From positions 9,749 to 73,748 of the forward strand of contig CAWESH010000005.1 of the NCBI GenBank assembly GCA_963811675.1: a stretch of DNA of 64,000 nt, read 5' to 3'. Below are positions 8,758-18,412 of the stretch, piece by piece. Each line of letters opens with the position of its first letter. Position 1 is the stretch's first letter. The notes below the pieces were generated by a model, which was given only the letters and a program-made list of their open reading frames with translations, had not been told where the DNA came from and ran no database searches. The translations under genes were made by a program, and so were the position numbers. The DNA comes from an uncultured Actinomycetes bacterium (GTDB taxonomy: Bacteria > Actinomycetota > Thermoleophilia > Gaiellales > JAICJC01).

Positions 8758-8770
8758 TGCCCGTGCCCGA

Positions 8771-9649
8771 GTGCCGTCGGCGGAGGTGCGCGACCGCTTC
8801 CGACTGACCACCGCGGAGCTGACCGAGCACCTCGATCTGCTCAACCTGGTCAACTTCGGCGGCGGTTGCTACGCCGTCTACTGCTCGACCGAGAACGGCT
8901 CGATCATCATCGACAAGGAGCTCTACGGCGATACCTTCCGGCGGCCGGCGCGGCTCTCCCCGTTGGAGGCCAAGGCGCTGCTGCGAGCGCTCGACGTGGT
9001 GGCGCCGCTGCTCGCCGCCGAGGCCCACAGCTCGCTGGACACCGTGCGCGCGAAGGTCGAAGCGTCGTTCGGCCGGTTTGCACTCGCCGACACCCCCACT
9101 CCGGTCCAGCCCAACGCCGAGGAGTCGGTCGTCACGGTGCTGAACGAGGGAGTGCGATCGCGGCGGCTGGTCGACATCACCTACCTCTCCCGCTCGTCGA
9201 GCGAACTCACCTCGCGCACGATCGAGCCGTACCTGCTGCGCCGCGACGAGCGCGGCTGGTACGTGGAGGCCTACGACGTCAGCCGCGACGCCCGGCGGAC
9301 ATTCAAGGTCGCCTACATCAAGGACGCAACGCTCCGCCAAGAGCTCTACCAGCCCCGGCCAGAGATGTCCGACCTGAACCGGGCCCTCGGCGGAGACGTC
9401 GGCATCGCCCGCGTCCGATTCTCACCCAAGCGCGCACGCTGGGAGCTGGAGGGTCGCCGCGACGCGGTGGCCACCACCGACGAGGCGGCCGTGGTCACGA
9501 TCACCTACGGCTCACCCGAGTGGCTGATCCCCGAGATCATGCGATACCGAGGCGACGCCGAGGTGCTGGAGCCGCCGGCGTTGCGCGACCGCATCAAGGC
9601 CGACGCCACGGCGCTGGTCGATCAGCTGCGGGCCGTGCCCGCCGGCTGA
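8771..9649 (+). CDS. PafC-like HTH-WYL transcriptional regulator (true N-terminus upstream of the first available start codon)
   Basis: RLVDITYLSRSS..RTIEPYLLRRDERGWYVEAYD is WYL-like. The same frame is open and homologous further upstream (..PERFALLQALLAFLLASCGDDARARV, from ~8690). I found no ATG/GTG/TTG in that stretch before the GTG at 8771. Confidence 0.75.
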   Translation: MPSAEVRDRFRLTTAELTEHLDLLNLVNFGGGCYAVYCSTENGSIIIDKELYGDTFRRPARLSPLEAKALLRALDVVAPLLAAEAHSSLDTVRAKVEASFGRFALADTPTPVQPNAEESVVTVLNEGVRSRRLVDITYLSRSSSELTSRTIEPYLLRRDERGWYVEAYDVSRDARRTFKVAYIKDATLRQELYQPRPEMSDLNRALGGDVGIARVRFSPKRARWELEGRRDAVATTDEAAVVTITYGSPEWLIPEIMRYRGDAEVLEPPALRDRIKADATALVDQLRAVPAG

Positions 9650-10591
9650 GAGTTGGCCAGCGCCACCCGGGCGTTTCGCTGCAGATACCTGCCGTCGCGC
9701 TCGGGCACGTACAGCCGCTCATACCTCGCGGCGAGGGCGTCACCGTCGCTCTCGAGCCAGTCGCTCAGCGGCGGGTACACGTCGTCGACGGCATCCGGTG
9801 AGAGGTGAGCCGCACGGCGCTCGGCGCCCCGGTTCCACGGGCACACCTCCTGGCAGATGTCGCAGCCGTAGACGCGATCGCCGAACGCCGCGGGGAACGG
9901 CAGCTGCTCGAGCCGCGACTGCGAGAGGTAGGAGAGGCAGCTCGAGGAATCGAGCACCCCTCCGTCCAGGATCGCGTCGGTCGGACAGGCATCGATACAG
10001 GCCGTGCACGAGCCGCACGCATCCCACGCGGGGCTCTCGGGATCCGCGGCGGTCGGTGCCAGCTCGACATCGGTGATGAGCGCTCCCAGCACCACCCACG
10101 AGCCGTGCTTGCGCGTGATCGCAAGCGTGTTCTTGCCGTACACCGCGATCCCCGCTCGGGCGGCGGCCTCTCGATCGACGTGGTGGTTGGAGTCGACGTG
10201 CACCACGAACCGCGCGCCCGGCCGACAGCGCCTTGAGGTGCTCGCCCAGCCGACCGAGGTCCTCGCGCAGCGGCTGGTACTCGTCTCGCCGGGTGTAGCG
10301 GGGAAGTCGCCCGCGGGGCAGGTCAGCGGGCTTCTCGGGCTCCGGACGGGCGTAGCTTCGGGCAGCGACCACCACCGACCGAGCGTTTCGCAGCAGCCGC
10401 TCGGGGTGACAGGAGCGGTCGGTGTTGGTCATCGTGAACCGCATGTCGGCAAACAGGCCCCGCGCCCGGCGCTCGCCGATCAGCTGCTCGGTGCGCTGGT
10501 ACGGCTCGGCCCGGCACACGCCGCAGGCGTCGATCCCAATCCGCTCGGCATGCTCGAGCACGGCGGCGGTCAGCTGCGCGGGGCTCGTCAC
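9622..10591 (-). pseudogene. queG: epoxyqueuosine reductase, one frame break
   Basis: The N-terminal half is in ORF 9740..10591 (..MRFTMTNTDRSCHPERLL..). The C-terminal half is in ORF 9622..10206 (VHVDSNHHVDREAAARAGI..YGKN..GSWVVLG..CGSCTACIDACPT..CDICQEVCPWN). The join is near 10205-10215 in the +1 direction. Length is 970 nt (3n+1). Confidence 0.85.
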
Positions 10592-10604
10592 GAACTGAAG
10601 TGGA

Positions 10605-10904
10605 TCAGAAGCCGAGCACGAACTTGGCGTCGTCCGACATCATCTCGGGCGTCCACGGGGGCGTCCAGGTGAGATCGGTGACGACCTCGCCGACACCCTC
10701 CAGGCTGCGCACGACCTCGCCGATCTGTTGCTCGATCTGGGCTCCGGCCGGGCATCCCATCGAGGTCAGCGAGTAGGTGACGGTGACCTTCTCGGGCTCG
10801 AGCCGCACGTCGTACACCAGTCCCAGATCGACGACATCCATGCCGAGCTCGGGATCCTCGACGGCCCGCAGGGCCTCGAACACGTCTTCTTCGGTAACGC
10901 TCAT
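10605..10904 (-). CDS. DUF59 / metal-sulfur cluster assembly factor family protein
   Basis: 99 aa from the internal Met. VFEALRAVEDPELGMDVVDLGLVYDV..TLTSMGCPAG is typical DUF59. The start overlaps the upstream stop (ATGA). Confidence 0.8.
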   Translation of the reverse strand: MSVTEEDVFEALRAVEDPELGMDVVDLGLVYDVRLEPEKVTVTYSLTSMGCPAGAQIEQQIGEVVRSLEGVGEVVTDLTWTPPWTPEMMSDDAKFVLGF

Positions 10905-11755
10905 GCCCTCATCGTAGCCTTGGATTCCCACAGACGCGCGAATTCCCGCTCGTGGGTGAGCAGATCGTCGTGGCCGCTGAGCAGCCGCTTGGTCACCGCC
11001 AGCGCCTCCCGATCGCTGCGGGCAACCCGCGATGCGAGCGACTCGACCCGCGACATGAGCTTCTGGGGCGCAACCACCTCGTCGACCAGACCGAGCGCAC
11101 GCGCCTCCTCGACCGGCAGCACCTCGCAGGTGGCGAACAGCCGCAGCGCGACGTGCCGGCCGATCAGGTCGCCCACCCGCGCGGCCGCGCCCCACGGCGG
11201 TGAATATCCCAGCTCGTTGTGGATGAAACGCAGCTTGGCGCCCTGGGCGGCGATCCGCCAGTCACACGCCAGCGCGAGGTCGATCCCGCCACCCACGGCG
11301 TGGCCGTTGAGCAGCGCCACGGTGGGCACCGGCAGCACGGCGATCCGGCGACAGGCATCGGTGCCGCGAGCGGTCACCTCAGCCCCGCCCAGACCCTCCA
11401 TCGAGGCCAGGTCGGCACCGGCTGAGAAGAGCCGCGGCCCCGCCCCGGTGATGGCGATCAGACGAACGTCGGCGTCCTCGCAGAGCTCCTCGCACACGGT
11501 CGCCAGCCGCTCGAGCGTGTCCAGTCCAAGCGCGTTGTCGTGCCCGCGCAGCGTGACGATCGCAAAGCCGTTGCGGCGGGCGACGTCCACCTCGGTCGGC
11601 CCGCTCGGAGGGGAGCTTACAGACACCTCGGGCGCCGGCTGATCCTGCCCGTCGAGCTCGATCTCGAGCGCCTCGGCCAGCTGCACCTTGGACATCCGCC
11701 GATAGCCCTTGATGCCCGCATCGCGGGCACGATCGTGCAGTTGGTAGAGCAGCAA
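10901..11755 (-). CDS. enoyl-CoA hydratase/isomerase with N-terminal Rho_N/SAP-like helix-hairpin
   Basis: Crotonase core (FAIVTLRG..ITGAGPRLFSAGADL..VALLNGHAVGGGIDLALACDWRIA). The N-terminus LLLYQLHDRARDAGIKGYRRMSKVQLAEALE resembles the Rho N-terminal domain. Start taken as the TTG at 11755, with GGAGA 5 nt upstream. Confidence 0.8.
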   Translation of the reverse strand: MLLYQLHDRARDAGIKGYRRMSKVQLAEALEIELDGQDQPAPEVSVSSPPSGPTEVDVARRNGFAIVTLRGHDNALGLDTLERLATVCEELCEDADVRLIAITGAGPRLFSAGADLASMEGLGGAEVTARGTDACRRIAVLPVPTVALLNGHAVGGGIDLALACDWRIAAQGAKLRFIHNELGYSPPWGAAARVGDLIGRHVALRLFATCEVLPVEEARALGLVDEVVAPQKLMSRVESLASRVARSDREALAVTKRLLSGHDDLLTHEREFARLWESKATMRA

Positions 11756-11787
11756 AACGAGTCTCCGTCCGGTTGGGGTTAGGAAGG

Positions 11788-12801
11788 CTAAAGCCTGATC
11801 TCGGCGTGGCGATCCTGCGAGAAGAGGTGGATCGAGTCGACGAACCGCACCCGGTTGCAGCGCGAGCACAGGACGATCGAGTGGCTGCGCGCGCCCTCGG
11901 CCATGTACCGCACTCCACGGAGCAGGTCGCCGTTTGAGATCCCCGACGCGACCACGATCACATCGCCGCGCACGAGGTCGTCGATGCCGAAGATCTGGGA
12001 GATGTCGGTGATGCCGTACTCCGCGGCCCGATCGATCTCGGTGCGGCTCATCGGCCACAGCTGGCCCTGGATCTCACCGCCGAGGCACCGCAGCGCCGCA
12101 GCCGAGATGATCCCGCCCAGCGCGCCGCCGATGCCGATCGCGAGGTGGTCGTTGGTGCCGCGCACCGCCGCGTCGATGGTGGCGGTGATGTCGCCGTCGG
12201 AGATCAGCTTGATGCGGGCGCCGGCATCTCGGATCTCGGCGATCAGATCGTCGTGGCGGGGACGATCAAGCACGATCGCGGTGACGTCGGCCACCCGCCG
12301 GCCGAACGCGTCGGCGATCGCCTCCAGGTTCTCGGTGACGCTCTTGCGCAGATCGATGCGCCCCTTCGCCACCGGGCCCACCGCCATCTTCTTCATGTAC
12401 ATGCGCGGAGCGCGGGTCATCCCGCCGGGAAGCGCCGCCGCCAGGATCGAGAGCGCACCGGACTGGCCGCGGGCCAGCACCGGACCGCCTTCGACCGGGT
12501 CGCACGCGAGTTCCAGCTCGATCCCCCCGCCGCCGCCGAGATGGCTGCCCTCGGCCAGCGGGTGGTCCGATTCGGGCCGGCCGATCACGACGTGACCGTC
12601 GAGCCGCAACCGTCCCAGCGCGTCCACCATCGCGTCGGTGGCCGCCTCATCGGCACCCCGGGCGTCGCCCCGGCCGAGATACCTGCCGGCCGCGAGCGCA
12701 CACCGCTCGGTGACCGACACCAGCTCGGTGCATGGACACGGCCATGCGTCTCCCGCAGAGGCATCGAACTCGGCCGCTGCATGCATTGAGGGAACCGCCA
12801 C
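11788..12801 (-). CDS. glpX: class II fructose-1,6-bisphosphatase
   Basis: VTERCALAAGRYLGRGD..ADEAATDAM, DPVEG and IGGALGG..RCLGGEIQG..ASGISNGDLLRGV are GlpX-like across the full 337 aa, uninterrupted. Confidence 0.9.
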   Translation of the reverse strand: MAVPSMHAAAEFDASAGDAWPCPCTELVSVTERCALAAGRYLGRGDARGADEAATDAMVDALGRLRLDGHVVIGRPESDHPLAEGSHLGGGGGIELELACDPVEGGPVLARGQSGALSILAAALPGGMTRAPRMYMKKMAVGPVAKGRIDLRKSVTENLEAIADAFGRRVADVTAIVLDRPRHDDLIAEIRDAGARIKLISDGDITATIDAAVRGTNDHLAIGIGGALGGIISAAALRCLGGEIQGQLWPMSRTEIDRAAEYGITDISQIFGIDDLVRGDVIVVASGISNGDLLRGVRYMAEGARSHSIVLCSRCNRVRFVDSIHLFSQDRHAEIRL

Positions 12802-12806
12802 GGAAC

Positions 12807-13778
12807 CTAGCCTAGCGCGACCGTCCGCCCTCCGGCGCGCTCCAGGATCAGGTCGATCACGTCGACCAGCGCGGCGTTCATGTCGCCCGCCTCGATCACC
12901 GGCACGCCTGTGCGCTCGGCCCGTCCGACCAGATAGTCCTGAATCCGGCGGATCTCGCCGAAGCGCTGGAGATAGCGTTCCATCGCCCGCGTCCCGCCCG
13001 ACTCGTAGTCGCGAAAAAGGAAGTGCGCCTGGTGCACGTCCTCGTCGCTGATGGCGAGCACCACCTGCACCACGACGGCCGCATGATGCCGCTCGGGAAC
13101 GACCAGACCCGGCACCAGATGGATACCCTCGACCACGGTCGAGAGCCCCTCCATCACGGCCCGCTCGATGATCGCGTTGGCGCCCACCGCAACCTGCTCG
13201 GCCTGTTGGATGAAGCCGTACAGCGCCCGATCCTCGGCGTCGGGATCGGGCATCGGGATGCGCAGGCCCTCGCCGGCCTCGAACGAGGAGAAATGCAGCG
13301 CCGGCATCAGCTCCTGGGCGAAGAACGCGCGCATGACCTGGCGAACGGCGTCGGTTGACGTGATCCGGCTGATCCCCAGCCGAAACGCGATGTCGGTCGC
13401 CAGCGAGCTCTTGCCGGTGCCGGTCGCACCTCCCAGCATCAGCACCAGCGGCCGGTCGAGGTGCATCACCTGATGCCAGCCGTGGTAGCGGGCGAGCATC
13501 GCCGGCGTGTCCTCGCGGCCCAGAACGCCCTCGACCAGCCGGTGGAGCTGGTCGATCGACATCTCGTCGGCCCCGGACTCTCCCACCTCACGTTCGATCA
13601 CCTGGGCAAGCTGGTAGGCACGCTCGGCCTCGAACCCCGACAGCATCAACGTCTGCGCCATCCTGCCCTTCGAGTACGGCAGGCCAGGTCCGCGGCCGCG
13701 GATGCGCGGCTCCGCCCGGGGTTGCGGCGGCGCCGGGTCAGGCTGGCTCTCGCCGCGCCAGAAGCGGAGATCACGCAT
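12807..13778 (-). CDS. 2-phosphoglycerate kinase
   Basis: P-loop LVLMLGGATGTGKSSLA followed by RLGISRITSTDAVRQVMRAFF..LMPALHFSSFEA, characteristic of archaeal-type 2PGK. The ATG at 13778 overlaps the corrected stop of the upstream cpgS by 8 nt. Uninterrupted. Confidence 0.85.
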   Translation of the reverse strand: MRDLRFWRGESQPDPAPPQPRAEPRIRGRGPGLPYSKGRMAQTLMLSGFEAERAYQLAQVIEREVGESGADEMSIDQLHRLVEGVLGREDTPAMLARYHGWHQVMHLDRPLVLMLGGATGTGKSSLATDIAFRLGISRITSTDAVRQVMRAFFAQELMPALHFSSFEAGEGLRIPMPDPDAEDRALYGFIQQAEQVAVGANAIIERAVMEGLSTVVEGIHLVPGLVVPERHHAAVVVQVVLAISDEDVHQAHFLFRDYESGGTRAMERYLQRFGEIRRIQDYLVGRAERTGVPVIEAGDMNAALVDVIDLILERAGGRTVALG

Positions 13779-15103
13779 ATGCCGCCACCGCCTGATCGGC
13801 GAGCGCCAGCAGCGCCGTGTCCAGCTCCCCACTCCCGAGAATCGAGCGCGGACGATTGTCGCAAAAGACGATCCGCTTGCCTCGCTGTTCAGCCGCGGCT
13901 GCCACGACGTCGATGGCGGCGGCCTTCAACTCGACCAGAAACACGTCCGCTCGATCGACGTCGGGCTGCTCCAGGGCCGTCCCGCAGAGCGGCGCGATTC
14001 GAGAGTGAGCCCACCACCGCGGTCACCTCGGCGCCACCGTCCTGAAGCGTTGCCCGCAGCCGATCGTGGATGGCAGCCGGGGCGGTGGTGAAGTAGGCAA
14101 CCCGCTGACCCGAGACGTCCTCGGCCGGAACCGGCTCGAGCACGGTTTCGATTACCGGAATCCCCGGCCTCACCGTCTCAACCGCGGCTCGCACCTGCTC
14201 GACCTGTTGTGCCGATGCCAGTGGGGGCTCGCACATCGTCAACACCACCATGTCCGACACCAATACCCGAAATGGACCCATGCCCGTCATCAACTCGTGT
14301 GACGGTCGGACAGCCGACGTTACCAGCAAGGTGCGCTCGGCCGCAACCGGCGGAATGGCCGCACCCGAACCTTCGAGCAGCAGCATGTCCGGGCGGTCGG
14401 CCGCCGCCAGTTCGGCGGCCGCCCACACATTCGAGTCGTAGGTCGTGCCCGCCAGCCCGCCCCCACACCGGCGCGCGCCCACAGTGGGAACGCCGGCCAG
14501 GACGGCGTCCTCGAGGTAGTCGGAGGCGGCGTGCTGGCCGGCGCGGGCGCGCACCAGCAACTCGCGCGCCCCCAGCGTCGCCTGCGGTCGGATCCACCGG
14601 CGTCGGCTGGGCAGGCCCGCCCCGCCCCATGGCCACCACCACCACGCGGCGGCCGGCGGCCGTCACCAGACGGGCGGTGTGCGCCGAGACGGCCGTCTTT
14701 CCGATCCGCTTGCCGGTACCGATCACCGCCATCGTCGGCGCATCGACCGGCGGGCGCGGCCGGGGCCGGAAGTCGAAATCGGGGCCACTGTAGGAGAGGC
14801 CCGCGGCCAGCGCATGGCTGACCAGCCAGAACCGTCCCTGCTCCGACAGCACCGGCTCATCGGAGAGGTCGAGCACGTGTCGCGCCCCGTGGGCGCGTGC
14901 CGCCGCCACCATCGCCGCCGCCGGATCGTCGGAGACGCGCTTCAGCGGAAAGCCGTATTCCGGGTCGCCGTCCAGCTTCTCTCCCCCACCCAGCAGCAGC
15001 ACCGCCACCACCTCGCACTCCTGGGCGGCTTGCCCAGCGCCGCTCGCACCACCTCGGGGTGATGCTCGCCGTCGACCAGCGCCAGTGTGCGCTCCACGGT
15101 CAC
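13771..15103 (-). pseudogene. cpgS: cyclic 2,3-diphosphoglycerate synthetase, frame-broken as sequenced
   Basis: The GTG at 15103 opens VTVERTLALVDGEHHPEVVRAALG. Reading passes to the ORF 14178..15884 frame (EVVAVLLLGGGEKL..VIGTGKRIGKTAVS..VVVVAMGRGGPAQP). It then passes to the ORF 13889..14560 frame (LLVRARAGQHAASDY..LLLEGSGAAIPPV). The final frame reads ALEQPDVDRADVFLVELKAAAIDVV..AVAAYA*. Joins are near 15040, 14600 and 13950. Length is 1333 nt (3n+1). Confidence 0.8.
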
Positions 15104-15880
15104 CGCCCCGGGGCGGGCGAGAACTTCTCGTAGGTGAGCGTGACAGGAGAGAAGCGCACGATCGGCTCGCGGCCGTGAAACGGGAACCTGCGGTAGACGT
15201 GCACCTCGTCGGACGAGATCTCGACCACGTTGTAACAGGGGCGGGTGTTGCCCGCGCAGCCGCAGCGAGGACACCGTGCCCGCGTTCACCACAAACAGAT
15301 CCTCCAGCCGCCACGCGTACGGCACGTGCTTGTGTCCCGACAGCACCAGGTTGACACCCGCCTGCTGCAGCACCTCGAGCGTGTCCCCGGCATCGTGGAC
15401 GACGTTTCGCTCGCGTCCCGTGCCGGGGATCGGAAGCAGGTGGTGGTGCAGCACGAACACCCGGAAATCCGCCGGGGGTGCGAACTGCTCGCTGATCCAC
15501 GTGTAGCGGCCCCGGCCGATCGTGCCGTGATCGAGATCCGGCTCGGACGAGTCGACCGCCACGAACGTGATGCCGGATTTGCGCAAGACTGTGGAACGCG
15601 GGCCGATCAATTGCTCGAAATGGGTGTATCCCACATTCCTGGAGTCGTGGTTGCCCGGAATCGTGATCACGTCGGGGCAGTCGAGCCGGTCGAGATACCC
15701 GCGGGCATCGCGGTACTCCTGCTTGTACCCGAAGGTGGTGAGATCGCCGGAACACACCACCACGTCGGGTTCGAGCCGGTTGATCTCCTTGATCGCACGC
15801 TCGAGCAGGTTGGCGACGAAGTAGGGCGACCCACAGTGCAAGTCGGAGAGATGCGCGATGGTGAACGGCTTGGAAGCCAC
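15100..15880 (-). pseudogene. metallophosphoesterase (calcineurin-like), one frame break
   Basis: FTIAHLSDLHCG, VCSGDLT, GNHD, VLHHHL and SGHKHV motifs in ORF 14942..15916. After ..TVSSLRLRG the homologous reading (NTRPCYNVVEISSDEVHVYRRFPF..APGR*) is in the +1 frame from ~15255. The corrected stop overlaps the cpgS start (GTGA). The start (GTG 15880 or 15916) is uncertain. Confidence 0.75.
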
Positions 15881-15940
15881 ACACCGATCATATGCGCGAG
15901 TCGGCGGCATCCGCACCCGGGACTACCATTTTGAAGCGGG

Positions 15941-16303
15941 ATGCAGGAACACCATAGCTTTCACGCGTTCGTGGGAACGAGCCCCCCACGGTTCGCCGAC
16001 CCCGCCGAGCGCGAGTGCGCGCTGCTGTTCGATTACCACGGCATCCCGTGGGTCTACGAGCCCCACACGTTCCCGCTGGAGGTCGACGAGGACGGCACGG
16101 TGCTGGAGGCCTTCACGCCGGATTTCTACCTACCCGAACAGGATCTCTATCTCGAAATCACCACCATGAAGCAGTCACTGGTCACCAAGAAGAACCGCAA
16201 GATGCGCCGGCTACGGGAACTCCACCCCGAGATCCGGATCAAGCTGTTCTACCGTCGTGACATCGACGCGCTGGTGCAGAAGTACGAACTCGGCGCCGCG
16301 TGA
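15941..16303 (+). CDS. hypothetical protein, possible PD-(D/E)XK nuclease-like fold
   Basis: 120-aa ORF. ..FTPDFYLPEQDLYLEITTMKQ.. is loosely PD..(D/E)xK-like. The stop overlaps the hpt start (GTGA). Confidence 0.55.
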   Translation: MQEHHSFHAFVGTSPPRFADPAERECALLFDYHGIPWVYEPHTFPLEVDEDGTVLEAFTPDFYLPEQDLYLEITTMKQSLVTKKNRKMRRLRELHPEIRIKLFYRRDIDALVQKYELGAA

Positions 16304-16851
16304 GTGCCGCCGCCGACCCGCTGGCGCCGTGCACACCGGGTGACGTCTACCTCGGCCGCGAGCTGATCGCCGATCGCGTCGCGGAGCTCGGGGAGGCCAT
16401 CAGCCGCGACTATCGAGGACGAGAGCTGGTGATGGTCACGGTGCTGAAAGGCGCGGTGGTGTTCCTGGCCGATCTCTCGCGTGCCATCGCCATCCCCCAC
16501 CGACTCGAGTTCATGGCCATCTCCGCCTACCGCGGGGCGACGGCCGGATCGACCGGACGAATCCGGCTGTTGAAGGATCTCGACCGGCCGGTACGGGGAG
16601 CGCACGTGGTGATCGTCGAGGACGTGATCGATACCGGCCTGACGCTGCACTCCTTGCTCAAGACCCTGCGCTTTCGCGGCCCCGCGTCGATCGAGGTGTG
16701 CACGCTGCTCGACCGGCCCTACCGGCGGTTGGTCGATATCCCGGTGCGCTACTCGGGCTTCACGGCGCTTGACGGTTTCGTGGTCGGATACGGTTTCGAC
16801 TACCGCCAGCAGTTCCGCGATCTGCCCGATATTCACGTGCTGGAGAGCTGA
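16300..16851 (+). CDS. hpt: hypoxanthine-guanine phosphoribosyltransferase
   Basis: VTVLKGAVVFLADL, the PRPP loop VVIVEDVIDTGLTL, and GFVVGYGFDY. Confidence 0.9.
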   Translation: MSAAADPLAPCTPGDVYLGRELIADRVAELGEAISRDYRGRELVMVTVLKGAVVFLADLSRAIAIPHRLEFMAISAYRGATAGSTGRIRLLKDLDRPVRGAHVVIVEDVIDTGLTLHSLLKTLRFRGPASIEVCTLLDRPYRRLVDIPVRYSGFTALDGFVVGYGFDYRQQFRDLPDIHVLES

Positions 16852-16904
16852 GCCTCATGTGCGCCGCGTGAGGACGCGGTTGGGAAGCGGGCTACGATTC
16901 GGCT

Positions 16905-17825
16905 ATGGCACGCAGAAATCCGCTCGGACGCGATCGCAAATTGTCTGCCCGGATCCTGACCACGGCCTTCCTGCTGGGATTGGTCTACGTGGTCGGTTTC
17001 GCGGTGCTGGCACACGTCTTCAACCTGGGCTTGATCCCGGTCGTGATCCTGGCCGCCGTGCTGCTCGGGGTGCAGTACTGGACGAGCGACAAGATCGCGC
17101 TGGCCACCGCCGGCGCCAAGATCGTGACTGCCGAGGAAGCCCCGGAGTTGCACGCCTCGATCCAGCGGCTGTGCATCAGCGCCGACCTGCCGATGCCCCG
17201 GGTGGCACTGATCGACGCCGACATGCCAAACGCCTTCGCCACCGGCCGCACTCCGAAACATGCCGCTGTCGCGGTCACCACCGGCCTGATCAAGCGACTC
17301 GAGCCGCATGAGCTGGAAGGCGTGATCGCACACGAGCTGAGCCACATCAAGAATCGCGACGTGGCGATCATGACGATTGCAAGCTTCTTCGCGATGATGG
17401 CCGGGATCATCGTCCGCTACGGCTTTTACTTCGGCGCGTTCGGCGGGTTCGGAGGGGGCCGCGACAACGACCGCGACGGCAGCGGAGCGTCTCTGATGGT
17501 GGTGATCCTGGTCTCGGTGGTCGTGTACGCACTGTCATTCGTGCTGATCCGAACGCTGTCTCGCTACCGCGAGTTCGCGGCCGATCGCGGCGCCGCCGTG
17601 CTCACCAAGTCGCCCTCCAGCCTTGCATCGGCGCTGGTCAAGATCTCGGGCACCATGAGCAAGATCCCGCAGAAGGATCTGCGCATGACCGAGGGCCTGA
17701 ACCAGTTCTTCATCATTCCCGGCAACGTCAAGGACGGCATCTCGAACCTGTTCTCGACGCATCCTCCGCTGGAAGCTCGGCTGGAGCAGCTGCGGCAGCT
17801 CGAGCGCGAGATCGAAGCACTCTAG
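16905..17825 (+). CDS. htpX: M48 family membrane zinc protease HtpX
   Basis: HELSHIKNRD zinc motif, four hydrophobic segments, and C-terminal HPPLEARL. Confidence 0.9.
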   Translation: MARRNPLGRDRKLSARILTTAFLLGLVYVVGFAVLAHVFNLGLIPVVILAAVLLGVQYWTSDKIALATAGAKIVTAEEAPELHASIQRLCISADLPMPRVALIDADMPNAFATGRTPKHAAVAVTTGLIKRLEPHELEGVIAHELSHIKNRDVAIMTIASFFAMMAGIIVRYGFYFGAFGGFGGGRDNDRDGSGASLMVVILVSVVVYALSFVLIRTLSRYREFAADRGAAVLTKSPSSLASALVKISGTMSKIPQKDLRMTEGLNQFFIIPGNVKDGISNLFSTHPPLEARLEQLRQLEREIEAL

Positions 17826-17854
17826 CTTCGACCTCTGTAGGATCATCCCTGCAA

Positions 17855-18412
17855 ATGGGCTTGCTGGACTCTCTGCTGGGCCGCACGAGACTCGAGCGGC
17901 CGTCTCTCGATCGGCTGTTCGCAGTATCCACTGCGCAGGTGACCCTCTCGACCGGACTCGGACTCGAGCCGACCGACCGTGCCGCCATCTGCTTCAAGCC
18001 GATGTCCTCGGCGCGCTTCCGGGAAAGCGGCAAGGACATCGAGGAGATGACCCGGCTGGCGTTCAAGGACGAGGGCATGAAGATCGACCGAAGCGTCGAC
18101 AGCTTTGGCTACGAGTGGCTGACGCTGACCAGCTCCGACTTCGAGAACCTGGTGACGACCGTCCACGTCACCGCCCAGTCGATGATCGACGAGGGTTTTG
18201 GGGAACAACTGTTGTGCGCCATGTTCGCCTTCGCCGAGAACGTCCACTTCATCTACAACTTCAAACGGGGGAAGTTCTACCCGTTCGTACCGAGCGGGCC
18301 GCAGACGCGTGACTCTGATCGTGAGCTCGAGCTGCAGGCCAAGCTCGAACAGGAACTTCCCATCGAACCCGAGCTGGAACGCTGGTTCCCGCTGTGGGAC
18401 GCTCCGGTCTGA
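17855..18412 (+). CDS. PspA-associated protein PspAB-like
   Basis: The MGLLDSLLGR..LDRLFAV..A..TL N-terminus and ~185-aa length match what I recall of the PspAB family. It lies beside htpX and near pspA. Confidence 0.65.
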   Translation: MGLLDSLLGRTRLERPSLDRLFAVSTAQVTLSTGLGLEPTDRAAICFKPMSSARFRESGKDIEEMTRLAFKDEGMKIDRSVDSFGYEWLTLTSSDFENLVTTVHVTAQSMIDEGFGEQLLCAMFAFAENVHFIYNFKRGKFYPFVPSGPQTRDSDRELELQAKLEQELPIEPELERWFPLWDAPV

